Source: Rhizodiscina lignyota (Eukaryota). Taken from it: 64,000 nt of DNA. Shown piece by piece: positions 27,023 to 39,538 of this stretch. The translations under genes were made by a program, and so were the position numbers. The stretch spans positions 2,728,001 to 2,792,000 of the forward strand of contig ML978121.1 of assembly GCA_010015805.1 (NCBI GenBank), written 5' to 3'. The notes under the pieces were generated by a model, which worked only from the letters and a program-made list of their open reading frames with translations, was not told the origin of the DNA and did no database searches. Position 1 is the first letter of the stretch. Each line of letters opens with the position of its first letter.

Positions 27023-28739
27023 TGGAATGCATAGTTAGATGGATTAAGCGCGGCGTTTGGGCGTGTACATTTTGATTTACTACGGTGTTAATTATGATGG
27101 AAAAGCATCATGCATGTGCGGCAGGTTTTTCCCCCTTGATACCAGCATTAGATGCGGCATGTATGTATGTATGCACGAGTGCATTTGAAAATATCACAAG
27201 CATTCCTACCTCCATCCATTGCTCCAATTCACGTGAAGCAAGTAAAGTGCTGATACTCGATGCCGTCTTCTCGGCTAGAATCCCTTAGACAGTTCAGGCC
27301 TCCAACCTGCCTTCTGGTACAGCCAGTAACATCCCCTTCAGCGCTTAAACATGATATTCCATGTATGCCAGCCTCATGCACTCTGCGGTACGTGGTGTGG
27401 CGTCGAGGAGCACGCAAAGCATCCTGCAGCACAACATGACATAAGCCGGACGAATTCTCTAGTACACACCAGTTCAGGACAAGTGCAAAACATCGAAAGC
27501 ATTCCAACAAATGACATAAGCCATACGAGCGACAAGAAAGACTGACCGGTGGTCGAATTTGGCATAGACTGCGGCCGCGCGGGCGCCGGAACGACTTTAT
27601 ATCCAGCGGCTGGGGAAGTGCGACATGTATATGGAATCACTGCCCCCGTTGCGCACGATTTGAGAGCTGAAGCTAAAATATAGAAATACGAAGAAGAATC
27701 TGAAATTAGCGAGGCTACAGCAGCTAAGGAATTTTGGGTTGAGAATGTCTCCTCGTTTCTTGCAAGCGACGGAGACTAGTTCATTCTCGATGTGCACGGT
27801 AGTTTGAAACATCCAGAGCATTTTCTTAATGGAACTGGTCAGCTGCCGGATTGCGACATCGAGTGAGAAGCAATGATAGCCAGAAATAGGCGAGTAGTTC
27901 CCTCACTCGCGCTGGATCAATATTTGCTGCGCGTGCGGGATTCCGGGAAGACCGCAGTCCTTTTAACATCGGAACCTCCCGAGCATCTTCCTGGGACTGG
28001 GGAGGGTATGAAAAGCCAGCGCGTCCGCTAGCGTCCGCTAGCTTCCATGCCTTCCGGTTTCCCTTAATGGATACCTCGTAGCGACCTAGGCGCTGCAGCT
28101 TTAATACTGGACCCACGGCACCTCTTTCGACGTCTTCCTCTGAGGCAACATACGTCGTGTCCGGATAGAGCCTCTATGTCGATTCCGGTAGAATCGTCTG
28201 TACCGTTATCGCGAATACCACTCAAGCCATACAGCATGAATCATGAAAACCTCCAACTTGCATTCAACTAACTGAGAGGAGCAGCAGCATATGAAGCTGA
28301 TTCTGGAACAATTTTCACGTAAACATCGTCGGTGAGAGCGGCCGCGCAACAATTTGGGAAGGTAGTGGCCCTGATGTTCTTCATCGGACCTCCAATGGCA
28401 GACAGTGGATTCGCGACCACGGTTGGATCCTTGGAACTTGTTCGATCTACCACGAAGGTCTTCGGTGAGGAGGAGGATGTTTACAACACCCTTATGGCGT
28501 TCCTGCTGCAAGAGGAGAAATACATGTACTCATGTCATACGAGAAAGAGAGTCACTGATGTAAGGTATACGAAAGAGAATGGAACAAGTAAACGGTCATG
28601 ATTGGCCACATGCCACTCAATCAATATAGGCAGAGAGAAGTCAAAACTTTGGGTCTCACCTTTCTAGCGAGTTATCTGGAGCCCATGGAAAGAAGTCAGC
28701 AACGCTTAATTAAAAGACCCTGTCAGAATATCAACGATC

Positions 28740-29658
28740 TCACAATTTCCCTTTGCTCACACCCCCACCAGCGTACTTCTCCCACTCTCCATACACCCTC
28801 TTCAACTTAAACCAACCCGCTTCCATCCCCTCCAGCCTCCCAACAACACTCTTCGCCCACTCCGTCTCATCCGTTTTAATCAGATCTTTCATAGGGAAGC
28901 CCTGGACCGTTTCCACACTCTGCTGAGGCAGGTCGAACTCATGCAGCGCAAGCCATGTCGGAGACGTCGTGTGCGTGACGTCCTCTCGTTGGAACTCGTG
29001 GAGCACCGACGAACTCTCTGGGTCTGGGCAGAGCCTGTAGCGCCGGGTACGCACATAGCCCGGGACCTTGGAAATGAGAGGGATATGCTCTTCGCGGTAG
29101 AAGCGGTCGAACTCTTCCTCAGACGCGGCGTCTTTCGGGGGTTTGAGGAAGGCGGATATGAGTAGCGGTGCTGGACCTATGCATAGCTCTTCTATCAGCC
29201 TCCATCGCCTTCCTATCATTCACCGCAAGTTCACAATATAGCCCTCCTGAAAGTCACGTTCAGAATGCAGCAGCGTTCAGCATACCTTTCCTGGCCCCCT
29301 CCCTCTCATCTACCTGTCTCTCCTCCGCAAACCTCGTCTCAAAACGCGCCTTACTAAACACCTCCTCCAGCAGATTCCCCTTCGGCTTCGTCTGCCCATC
29401 CAGCCCCTTGAACTCCGGCGAGAAGCGAAACCCCACGTCCTCCATCTCGTACACCGTCAGCCAGTCCGCCTTATTCAAGTACGGCGCATCGTCGGGTACG
29501 ATTCCCTGCACCGCCTCGTAGCGGGCGGCAGCGGGGACGCGGGAGAGCGCGACGACCTCATGGATGTGCACGTCTTCGTACCAGGAGGTGAATTTCTCTC
29601 GAGGCAGGGCAGACGGCTGCGTTATGCGCGAAGAGACCCAGAGGATGCCGGGAGCCAT
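28740..29658 (-). CDS. EthD-like dimeric alpha-beta barrel protein (two repeats); intron 29285-29177
   Basis: Two similar units, FTSWYEDVHIHEVVAL..AAARYE and EFDRFYREEHIPLISKVPGYVRTRRY; phase-1 GTATGC..TAG intron joins the two ORFs. Confidence 0.82.
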
Positions 29659-30919
29659 GGTTTCGCGTGATTGGGACGTTCGAGATGCACTCCGCAGAAA
29701 ACTTTGACGCGCAGTCCCGATTCGGGCTCGGTTGAATGTACGTAGCTCTTTCCAGCGCTCCTCTCAGCTCTGTTTTGGCGGGAGTTGGGCACGACTGCAC
29801 GGGAAGTATTGTAAGGGGTTCCCTGACCCTGATCGTTGGAAAGCGCTGAAGGGTGGACCGCACACCGGTAGAGTGCGCCTGGCTATCTCGCCCGTACAGC
29901 TGTAGCCCACACTCGACGTAGCAGTGCTCTGTTGCCCCGTCGTATTCCGAGTCGTTTCGTTCGCGCGAAAATCCGCCGCCCTCTTCTTATCCGTACTCTT
30001 TTTCAGCCGTAACGAGCTTGCTTTCCCGCTGCCACGTCCAGTTCCCCTTGCCGCAGAAAAGGAGAGGTTCGAGACTCGATCTCACATGAAAACTAGTCCA
30101 ATTCGATGCGCAAGCCTCCATTTTGTGCGAAGCAGTGTATTCTCCAAGTCTCTAGCGGCTGCTCGCTCGGCTATTAGAGACTCCTGAGATGGAGTGATCT
30201 GGTGGTGCTGGGATGAACATATCCGGGAAGGAGACGGCTGCCTGAGGTGAAAATCCGGGGTAACCATCATCCCCACACACGGGCCGTGTGGATGGTCCCT
30301 GGCGCAATGACGTCAATAAGACTGCAGAACAGCGGCGCGGGAAGCTATCTGACGCGAAACGGGAGCGTTCCAAGTGTTGGAACTTGGGACGATCGTGACA
30401 GTCTACATGACGGGTAAGCCTTGGGCTGGAGTCATTGTGCATCAAGGCTTGCCTCTCTGGGCGGGAAGTGCAGTAGTCCGGTGAGAATACGCGAGAGCCA
30501 CTTCAAGGCTTTCCACGCTTGTATTGGGCACTGAAGACATTCGCAATTTGGAGACAACTTTGATAGATGCTGTACAATAGCCGCTTGTACGGCGTGGAAA
30601 GCTATACAACCGGCTTGGTCGTCTACACGTATAGAGAACAATGAAACGTATCTCGGAAGGTGAGGCCGTCGCATTAAATCGAGTAAGTAATAGATGGGAC
30701 GAGGCGATCAAACAGACTCGTCCAACGGTAGCGCCCTGCCGCATCGCAGAAAAGGGACAATACAATGATTTCGTAGACAGGCGGAAGGGTCCAATTTCAA
30801 AATGCCGCACCATTTTAATTTGCTCCAGGTCCACTTTTTGCGCCGCGGAAAGACAGTATCGCACACCCAACACCGACTCTCCGCAAACATGGAATTGCGG
30901 AGCCACTCCGGAAGCCTCC

Positions 30920-33484
30920 TTAACTCCACCCATCGCCCATGTCAAATCGGTGTCTCAACACACCTGGGGTCTTGTGCTCCTTTGGAGGCAGATGATCGTG
31001 CTTTGGCAGGACTCCAGCCTTGACACTGGCCTTGACGCCTTTTTTGGTGGCGTCGACCTGACCGCAGCACGAGCCATCGCCTTCCAAGCTGTCTGGAGTA
31101 CAACACTGGATGCCCTTGATGAAAGTCTTGGTCAGAACGTCACGGATCGTGATGCGCTTCTCCGGCTCGGGGTTGAGCATCTTGAGTAGCAGTCTGCGCA
31201 GACTGGGGGGATCAATGACGGCGAAGAGTGGTCCGCATTTCGGCCAGCCGCCTTCCTCGTTCACAACCTCGCCGTCCGGGTGGTTGGTCTTCCACTTATC
31301 CCAGCCCTCTATGAATCTCTTAAAGTTATCCTGATCAGGCTTCGCAGCATGCCACGGCGGTCCGCCAAAGTGCATGGTAATGTACACAATTGCGCAAGAC
31401 CATACATCCAGGGGTCTTGGATCATATTCACCTACAAGCAGACAAGTATTAGCCCCGTTGACTAAGCGATCTTACGCGGGAATCGGATCCCGTCAAGCGG
31501 TAGGCTGTATCGGGGAGGTTGTCAGAAGAATATTGAGGGGTAGCTAACCGTTCTTTGCCAACACCTCGGGGGCAATGTAAGGAAGACTGCCGCAAATTCC
31601 CGGTTGGCACTTCCTTACATCCCCCATGTTCTTCCCACATTCGCCACCTGCAGCCCTCAGACCAGGATGTTCACCGCAGAACACTTCGGAGACACCAAAG
31701 TCGGTGATCTTGATGTAGCCGTCCTGTGTCATGAGCAAATTCTCGAGCTTGATGTCGCGGTGTGCGATGCCGTGGCTGTGCAAGTAATCAACGCCACGCA
31801 GAACCTGCTTCCACAAGCAGATCTTGTCCTCGTATTTGTAATGGCCACTGTATGGTTTGAAATAGCCCTTTTCGACGAGAGCAAAGAGATCACCGTAGGC
31901 GCAATACTCCATGACATGATTCCAGCGACCGGCATGGGTGCACAGTCTGATGGTCTCGACGATGTTCGGATGGTGCAGAGATTTGGCGATAGTATACTCC
32001 GATTTGACTTTCTTCACATAGTCAGACTCGGCCTCGTCCTTCTCTTTTCCTCGGAACTCTTTGACTGCAACAATACAGTCCTTCGCATCCTTTCGTGCCA
32101 TGATGGTGACTTCGGCAGTAGCGCCTTTACCGATTGTCTTTCCACGCTTGGAAAAGAGCTTCGATGCCTTGAACTCATTGTTCAACTCGCAATAGTCAAC
32201 CCAGAATTCGTCCGGCAAACTGGTGCTCAATCTTCTGGCCTTCAATCCAGCGCCCTCGTTTGCATGCTTTGAAAATGTTGGGAAGAGCTGCACTGGCATA
32301 GGTTGCCCCTCAGAGTCGCCAGAATCATGCTCATTCGGCTTGCGGATATTGATCTTGGGAATCTGATCAGTACTTGCAGACCTCTTGCGTATCGTCTCAG
32401 GGCTCGGTCGTCTCTGGCTCGTGCCAGACTGGGGTGTCTGCCATGTAATTCCATATCGTGGTTGCCCCATCAAGTTTATCCCATTGTGTGACTTCGAATG
32501 ATGGTGACCTCCAGTAGTTGTGACCTTTTTCAGACGATCGTCTTCTCCCCCCTCCTCTGAAATTGTGCTTGTCAGCGAACCAGGAGATGGTGGCGTGTGG
32601 GATGCAGAGGTGTTAGGAGTATTGCGAGCGGACTGCGACATGGGAATTGAAGGTCTACGGCTGGTGGCGGAATAGGATTTGGAAGCGTCGAACTGTTGTT
32701 GAGCCAAGAGCATTGCCTCGTCGTTTTTGTTTGATGGTGTCCGTTTCAATTTCGAAAGAAATGTGTTTGCTCGCTTCACAATTGTGCGTTTCGGAGGTTC
32801 AGAGTTGACCGGTGTTGTGGGGGCTTTTGAGAGACCAGGTTTTGGCTTTGCTGGAGAAAGCTCTCGTGGGGTGTGCTCGTTACTTGGTGCATCAAGCTTG
32901 GAGTCTACTCTATCCTTTTGTGCAATCTGTCGACCTCTTTCAGGAGACGACCTTCGCCAGCCAGCAGGCACGTCATATAGACTGGGGCGATCCTTATTCG
33001 GCGTATCAGTGACAGCACCTGTTTTCACGGAGCCATTCTGTAATTGTGATTGCGCAGTCGAGTGTGAAGGATCCGAGTGACCCGTGGCCGATGACGCAGG
33101 GCTTTCGGTTGTCGGAGCCGAATTCGAAGTCTTGCCGGATTCTGAGACGTCAACTGGCGGAGAAGATATAGGGAGGGCAGGCTTGGAGTCTGCCTCGGTG
33201 GCTTCACCGTTCTCTTTATTCACAATTCTACCCTGCATCTGATTGTCTCGTAAGCCGTCTGCAGGAACGGGCAGTGGTGGCGTGGTGTAGAGTGGCGGAT
33301 TTGAGGGCGGAACGTCGTGCAAGGGTTTCGAGGTCTCATGAACAGGCTTTTGTAATGGAGCCACTGGTTCTATCGTCGGATCGTGGTGATGAAAGGAATG
33401 CGGTGTCGAGTCCATAACGGGCGTAACAGGCTCTGCGCCTTCACTGGCCGTTTCGGTACTCTCGTCCTCTGAGAAGTTTGTCAT
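30920..33484 (-). CDS. HAL/NPR-family Ser/Thr kinase (Ptk2-like); intron 31548-31432
   Basis: GKGATAEV, VAVKEF, HRDIKLEN, DFG, CGSLPYIAPE, and YDPRPLDVWS after splicing; SEYTIAKSLHHPNIV and an extended activation-loop insert typical of the family. Confidence 0.9.
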
Positions 33485-36400
33485 CTCAACACGAACCGGC
33501 GATGGATTATACGATGGTCGTCCCTGAGATGGGCCGCGAGGCTTGGATGCGGAGGGGCAAGTAGACGCCGCTCAGCGACCAGGCTGAGCAGACGGAGAAG
33601 GTGAAAAATTATTACAAAGCTTATGACGACTTCCAATAGGGATTGGATGGGAGGCGACGATCGGATGCAAACGAAGGGGAATTTAACCGCGCAGGTCCTC
33701 GTCCGAAGCAGCGTCGGAGGAAGGTCTCTGCAACGAGGCAGAGGCGGCGAACAATATGAGGGATGAAGATGATGGATGTGTATAGGCTGCCATACGCCGC
33801 TCAATGGATATGGCCCAATTCGGGGTATTAGAGGGTGGGGGATGAAGCAGTGGAGGGGAGCAGGAAACCTGGGGATCAGTTGCTTTTCATCGACCGGCGG
33901 GACGAGGTGGACAAGGTCAGCGCGCCTACGTCAGGCCCGCGCTTCCATTGGTGGGTAGTCGGAGCCGATGAGAATCGCTTTTACGGATCGGATGGCCAGC
34001 AGGCTTTAATTTTAGTACGTTACGCCTGCGCCAGACGCTGATATGCCCGTCTCAAACAGGCGCTATTTGCTGTGCGTCGCGCAACGCCGTCCTGCTATCA
34101 AGCTCAGCACGATAGTAGCGGAACGTCAGCAGCACCGCCGAGCATACCGCCGAGCGATTCCGATACATTCTCTGAGCGACTCAGATGCCATTTATTGCCT
34201 ATAACAAGTGAGGGTTTGCGTTATCTCGTCCCGCCGTTGGATCAGTGCTCGAGCATGCACGGAGCGCGAGGCGCTTTACATCCAGAGCGCTCTAGTTCCG
34301 CTGCCACTCTCTCAACCACTTTGGACCTCCCAACGGCCAGACGATCCAAAGCACAATTGCAAGACCGCGCACCGCTTCTACCCTACAAGAAGCAAGCTCC
34401 CTTCAATCTGCAGGTGATCGATGGCCAGGGTGCGTTGGAGTGCTGCTCCGTGCCCAGTGCCCACCACCACCCTCAAATGGGACCTCAACGGCCTTCTCGG
34501 ATGGCTCGGCGGGCTTGGTGGCCATCGTGCCATCTCTCAAGAATGTTACAGACATTTTTGGCCACGACTTACCAGCTCGCCTTTTTCCCGTGCATGCCCC
34601 TCGGATACGCGATTCGCCAGGACAGGCCTTGTCAGCGGCGGCAGCTCTATCTAGTATCAGTAGGCGTTCTAGTCAGGTGGCCGTGGGCGACACACTGCCG
34701 CTGAGGCGGGACAGATTGGAACGACCCCACGCAGCTTGCACGCCTGCATTATGAGACAGAGCTGCAGGAAGAGCTTAACCTCTTGACTGCGACGCCACCA
34801 TCTTTTCTGTCTTACACCTTCGAGTATCACTATTTGCCCAGTCTTGTGCTCCGCTTGGCCATCTTTCTCCGCCGTATAACGAATGCACCGCAGGCCCACA
34901 TAAATGCGAGGAATGATCGACGTCGCGCTTTCGCATCTTCCGATTCCGCCGTGGACAAGGTCATTACTAACACAGCTTGTTAGCAGATGATCCGTAGAGC
35001 GCGGATGAATTGGATAATGCCAGGCTGACTTCGCGTCAAGTGACGAAGGATTCCATCAAACAGCCGGTATGAATACTGCTCCATGTGCCCATCATCTTAC
35101 CGCCCAACTGCGTAGCCGCGTTATGCGCCAGCTGCCTCGACGTTCAAGCTTGAAGGGCCTTTCTGCACGCGAACATGTCAACATGTGGGGGCTGTGGAGC
35201 ACAGCATCAAGCACATCAACGTCGACGGTTCCTGGCCGACGACGCTGCCAAAATAGCGAGCAGACGGCCTCCGAAAGACGCAAGTAGGCCGATGCCAATG
35301 GAAGCAATTTTCCTTCGTGCAATCCAGGAATTCACAGCGGCAGGATCGATCATCGTGCCTACCTCGCACCTTATGCATGTAAACGGCCAGCCGCTCGGAT
35401 TGCTTGCTGAGGCGCGCCTTCTGCCCTGGACCTGCGCCTTGGCGGGGCTTGTCGGTGGCATCAGGAGCAGTCCCTATTCCCGAACGCACTTGCCCTTTTG
35501 GGCCTTGCGCTCTCAAATCCATCTTATGTCTTCACTTATTCTCTGCCATCCCTTATCTTGTCTCACGCTCTCATTCCACTCCGTATGCCAAGTATCACTT
35601 TCACTCTTGGCTCTGGGCAGGTGTGCCTTGTAGGGCAGTCTGCCATTGCAGCGATCGTCACAGCATATCTGATGGAGCTCGGACGCGGACAGGCACATAC
35701 TCTTGCAGCGCACCTGACGGCTTTCACCGCCAGAAGCAGTGGAATGGCCCTTTCGAATCGGAATTACCCCCTCACCGACTCTCACCCCTCCGGACCTCAC
35801 GCGACAGCTGGCCACACCCAGAAGGCCGAAAAATTTGGAACATGCATGCATGCACCCCACGTCCCCATGCATTGTACATCGGGCACAACTCGAGGGCTCG
35901 CGGCAAGCTCAAATTTTCACAGATCTTCAACACGTGCCCATGGTTCCCTCGCCTCACTTTCCTTGTTTCCCTCGCTTATAGACTTCCAAGGCCGCTGTGA
36001 ACAAACTGTCAGCAGTGGACAAACGGCTCTTCCCGCTTGGATGGAAGCATACAACAGCTTAAGAGACAATTCTTTCAACCGCCAACCCCAGTCTGCCGTC
36101 CGTATTCTCCCCGTCGAACGTGCAGCGCCAGCACATCCTCCACACTTGGGTCTCGGACCGTAGCTAGCTCCCGCAAACCAACATGGCTTTCCCGTTCCCA
36201 TGGCGCTCCCGCAGCCAGGCGAAGCATTTTCTTGTTTCCCATAAAGGACATCCAACCTGCATTAGCCCATTTCAGAAAGGCAACACGCGCATGTCTCGGA
36301 CGCGCAGAATGGCGGGGGAGGGCGTCCCAACAAAGTCAAATTCGGAGCCAATTCAGAACTCGATCGCGTGCCTGTCGAAGTTTGATGCCACAGCGTGGGG

Positions 36401-38316
36401 GCCCCGTGGGATTCCTGCCTTAGCCGGTCGTCCTCCGGAGTGACACGGTGTGGGGTTCGGGAGAGGCGTCGTATGGGAATACTTCCCGTCTTTATTTCAA
36501 GGACCGGACCGTACAGTTCGCATTCGCTCGAGTTGCGCCGTATCGTCTCAGCCTTGCTTATTCTGGCGTAAGCTCAGCCTTCGAAAGCGTTTCTGGAAAC
36601 CGCCCCGCTTCCTTCAGGCACGCGTGACAAGACTTCTGCGAGAACACTACATCTTCACGGACAATATTCGCCGATATCCTCCGCAGATGGGGTGTCTTTA
36701 TTGTCTCCACCGCGTCTGCACCAACTGCAGTGCATCTACTATGTGCTCCCACAGGTGGCCATGTCACGGCTTCCGGTGAACAGATTTTCGGTCATTTGAC
36801 TTCAGTTCCAAGGGATGACTTTGACCCATCAGCAACTAGGCCATAAGAAGGATGTCTTGCACTGGTGAAACTTACCTCCGAAAACGGACGGAGTTCCTCT
36901 CCTGCGTTGATGAAGCGTCGATCCCCACCGGAAACTAGAGCAAAAGGCACCGAGCGCAGTCTTGTAATTGCGATTCCATCAATCCTGATATGGTTTGTAC
37001 CTGCTTTCTGGAACAAGCTCATGGCCACTCGAGGCTAGTCTCTTCAGGCTCTTGCGACCAATTACCCACGCCGCTTGTTACTCTCTGTTCGTGGCTCCGC
37101 TCCTGTGAGAGGTATGCCACTTCGAGAAGGCAAATAGTCAAACCGCCGCGGTAGTAATGGAACCTCAAAATCACTCAGGAGTAGACGTGTGATAAAAGGA
37201 GAATGATGGCAAGTGCCGTTACTTGGCGTGCAGACCAAGGATTGAGATCGGCCTCACCAGTATCGCCAAGCAGAGTCCAAGAGCTGCTAGTCATATACTT
37301 TCTTTCGACGAAGCAGTTTTCGATGATCGTGTTGAGTCTGAATTCTCCCATAGATTTCTGTTTGTCATTCCAGACCTGAGACATTCCTATCTTCCTATCG
37401 CCGACGTTCATGGCCCTCAGTATTTCACTTCTTGGCTCCCCCTTCAAGCTTTCCATCAATATGATACTACAAGTCACATCAAAGCTTCTTCATTTCTTCA
37501 ACATTTCCCAAGTCGGAACAAGGTATTATACCTCTTTTCCGCGACCGGCCCCAAGATGGAGCCGATTCTATGCGATACCGAGTATTGCTAGTGGCGAACT
37601 CGCCGAACCTTAAGCCGCCGAAGGATCTACGATTCAATCAGTTCAATGCAATCGATGACCGTGCGGTGATGGGTAACAACGCATTCAGTCGTAGCGTCGC
37701 CGTCGACTTGCCGCAACCAGACCCAGTGGGGGCCTGTGACAAAGCATGAAGCAATTGGATTCTCGTTCCCTCTTTGCCAAGCAACGTCACTTCTTGTCAG
37801 GTTACCAATACTGTCCTTTTGCTTAACCGTAAAGCCAGGTCACCAAAATGGAGATTGCGAACTTGCTTGCGTTCCATGGAACTTTCGATACGCTGATCAG
37901 GGTCATTTTGCCATTTGCTTTGCCGCTATGTCATTCACTATGCTCCGGGCTAGCTGTGCCACAGTACTGCGCGGTCCTTAAGCCTACGCCGTGACCGATG
38001 CTCGTGGCGTCAGTGGAGCGGCTACAAAGGGCCTACCGCTTTATGTTGATGACCTCTACCAACCTCGTGCCCATGCCGTAGAGCACCTTCACTGTGATGT
38101 ATGTCATTGTACTGTTCAACATGCTGTATCGGCGGAACTGAACTGCAGATATTTAATGCTTCAACCTGCCTCTGCTTCTTCTACTTCTTTCTTTACCCTA
38201 CAGTCAAGATACACACTCAACGACTACCAGCTATTTCTTGAGCATTCTCAATCTGATCCAATTCTACTACCTCATCATCACACTTATCAACATCCACAAG
38301 AACCTTCAAATCCAAA

Positions 38317-38601
38317 ATGAAGTTCACCCTCCTCAGCGTCTTCGCAATATTCGCCACCACCATCGCTGCTATGCCTCAACCCAACCCGGCAGCCAAGCCC
38401 AACGCTATCCCGGACATATTCCTTGAAAAGCGCTGCATCCAGGCCTGCGGCAGTAAGTCTAAGCGCCCGTCTTTGCCCTCTTTCCCCTGCAGTCCCCATT
38501 ACACATCTGTATCAAGGCTAACGAATCACCCAGCCGGCTGCGACGACGATAACAGCCCATGCTGCTCTGGCTTCTGCAATCTCGGGCAGTGCGATTGCTA
38601 A
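38317..38601 (+). CDS. Small secreted cysteine-knot-like prepropeptide (knottin 1); intron 38453-38533
   Basis: Spliced product MKFTLLSVFAIFATTIAA-MPQPNPAAKPNAIPDIFLEKR-CIQACGTGCDDDNSPCCSGFCNLGQCDC: signal peptide, Kex2-type KR site, 28-aa core with 8 Cys. GTAAGT / GCTAAC / CAG splice signals; start context CAAAATGAAG. Confidence 0.88.
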   Translation: MKFTLLSVFAIFATTIAAMPQPNPAAKPNAIPDIFLEKRCIQACGSKSKRPSLPSFPCSPHYTSVSRLTNHPAGCDDDNSPCCSGFCNLGQCDC

Positions 38602-39538
38602 GTTACCCCACGCGTGACGACCTAAGCGACATGCTTTCACGCTGCAGAAATGGGGTCATATGCACGGTGTGCGAAAGGGTGAGGAGATATGGCTGCGGAA
38701 TTTCATACTGCATTGAGCAGTGGAGTTATGCGGACATATGATTGGAAGATCTAGAATTCGGCTGGAACTTGGAAGGCACTCATTTAATGATCACATGGGG
38801 ACTGGAGTTAATCAGGAGGGACTGGAAATAATGACTGGAGATGCAGGTCAGAGAGGTAATGGGCAAAATGACATAGATGGTCCAACACAAAGATGAATCA
38901 CCAAAATATATCCACCAACCTCGTTATGCTTTTCTCGTGCCGATGTCTGTCCAGACGTCCTGGTATCGCCGGCAAGCCCTAGCCAAAATGTCAATACGAG
39001 CCCTGTCACGCTCACGGACAACACCACAAGTTCACTCAAGGAGGAAAGCCCAGATTATGCCAGCAGAGGCTAATATCACTTATTTATACACCTCGTACAC
39101 ATCGCTGAAAAAGGCTCCACCATCCCCAATTCCGTGGAACCTGCCCAACTGTGCTCGCGCCATTCGCAGAAAATGCACATCAAAATGACTCGCAAAATAA
39201 ACACCATCAATCGCAATTCACACCTACCAAATCAAGTCTCATCAAAGCCATTTCAGAATCTCTCGAGGTAACAGTTGCCTCGAGACGCGCACCCTTGTCA
39301 AGAACAAACTCTGCTGCGAGTTTTCGCGAAAGGTGCCAAAAGGGTGTTCCTCGTTCCAATGATCGCTGACAAAATAATTTCGATACTTGAACGACGTTTG
39401 CGGTTTTTGGAGAAACGCAACAGGAACCAATCTGTTTGTGACGTGAGAAATCGTCACATCGAGCGATCAAACCAATGAGGCGGAACTCGACTCTTCGCAA
39501 TGACTGCCGTGCTGAGAAACGGCCCTTCGGTTCTCTCT

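Noticed and set aside
27826..28600. Possible decayed minus-strand gene with a 10-bp duplication (GCGTCCGCTA x2 at 28021)
   Set aside because: No consistent spliced frame or recognisable motif could be built.
34072..36423. Several overlapping 110-220-aa ORFs
   Set aside because: Non-ATG starts, overlap on both strands and non-coding-like composition; treated as chance ORFs.
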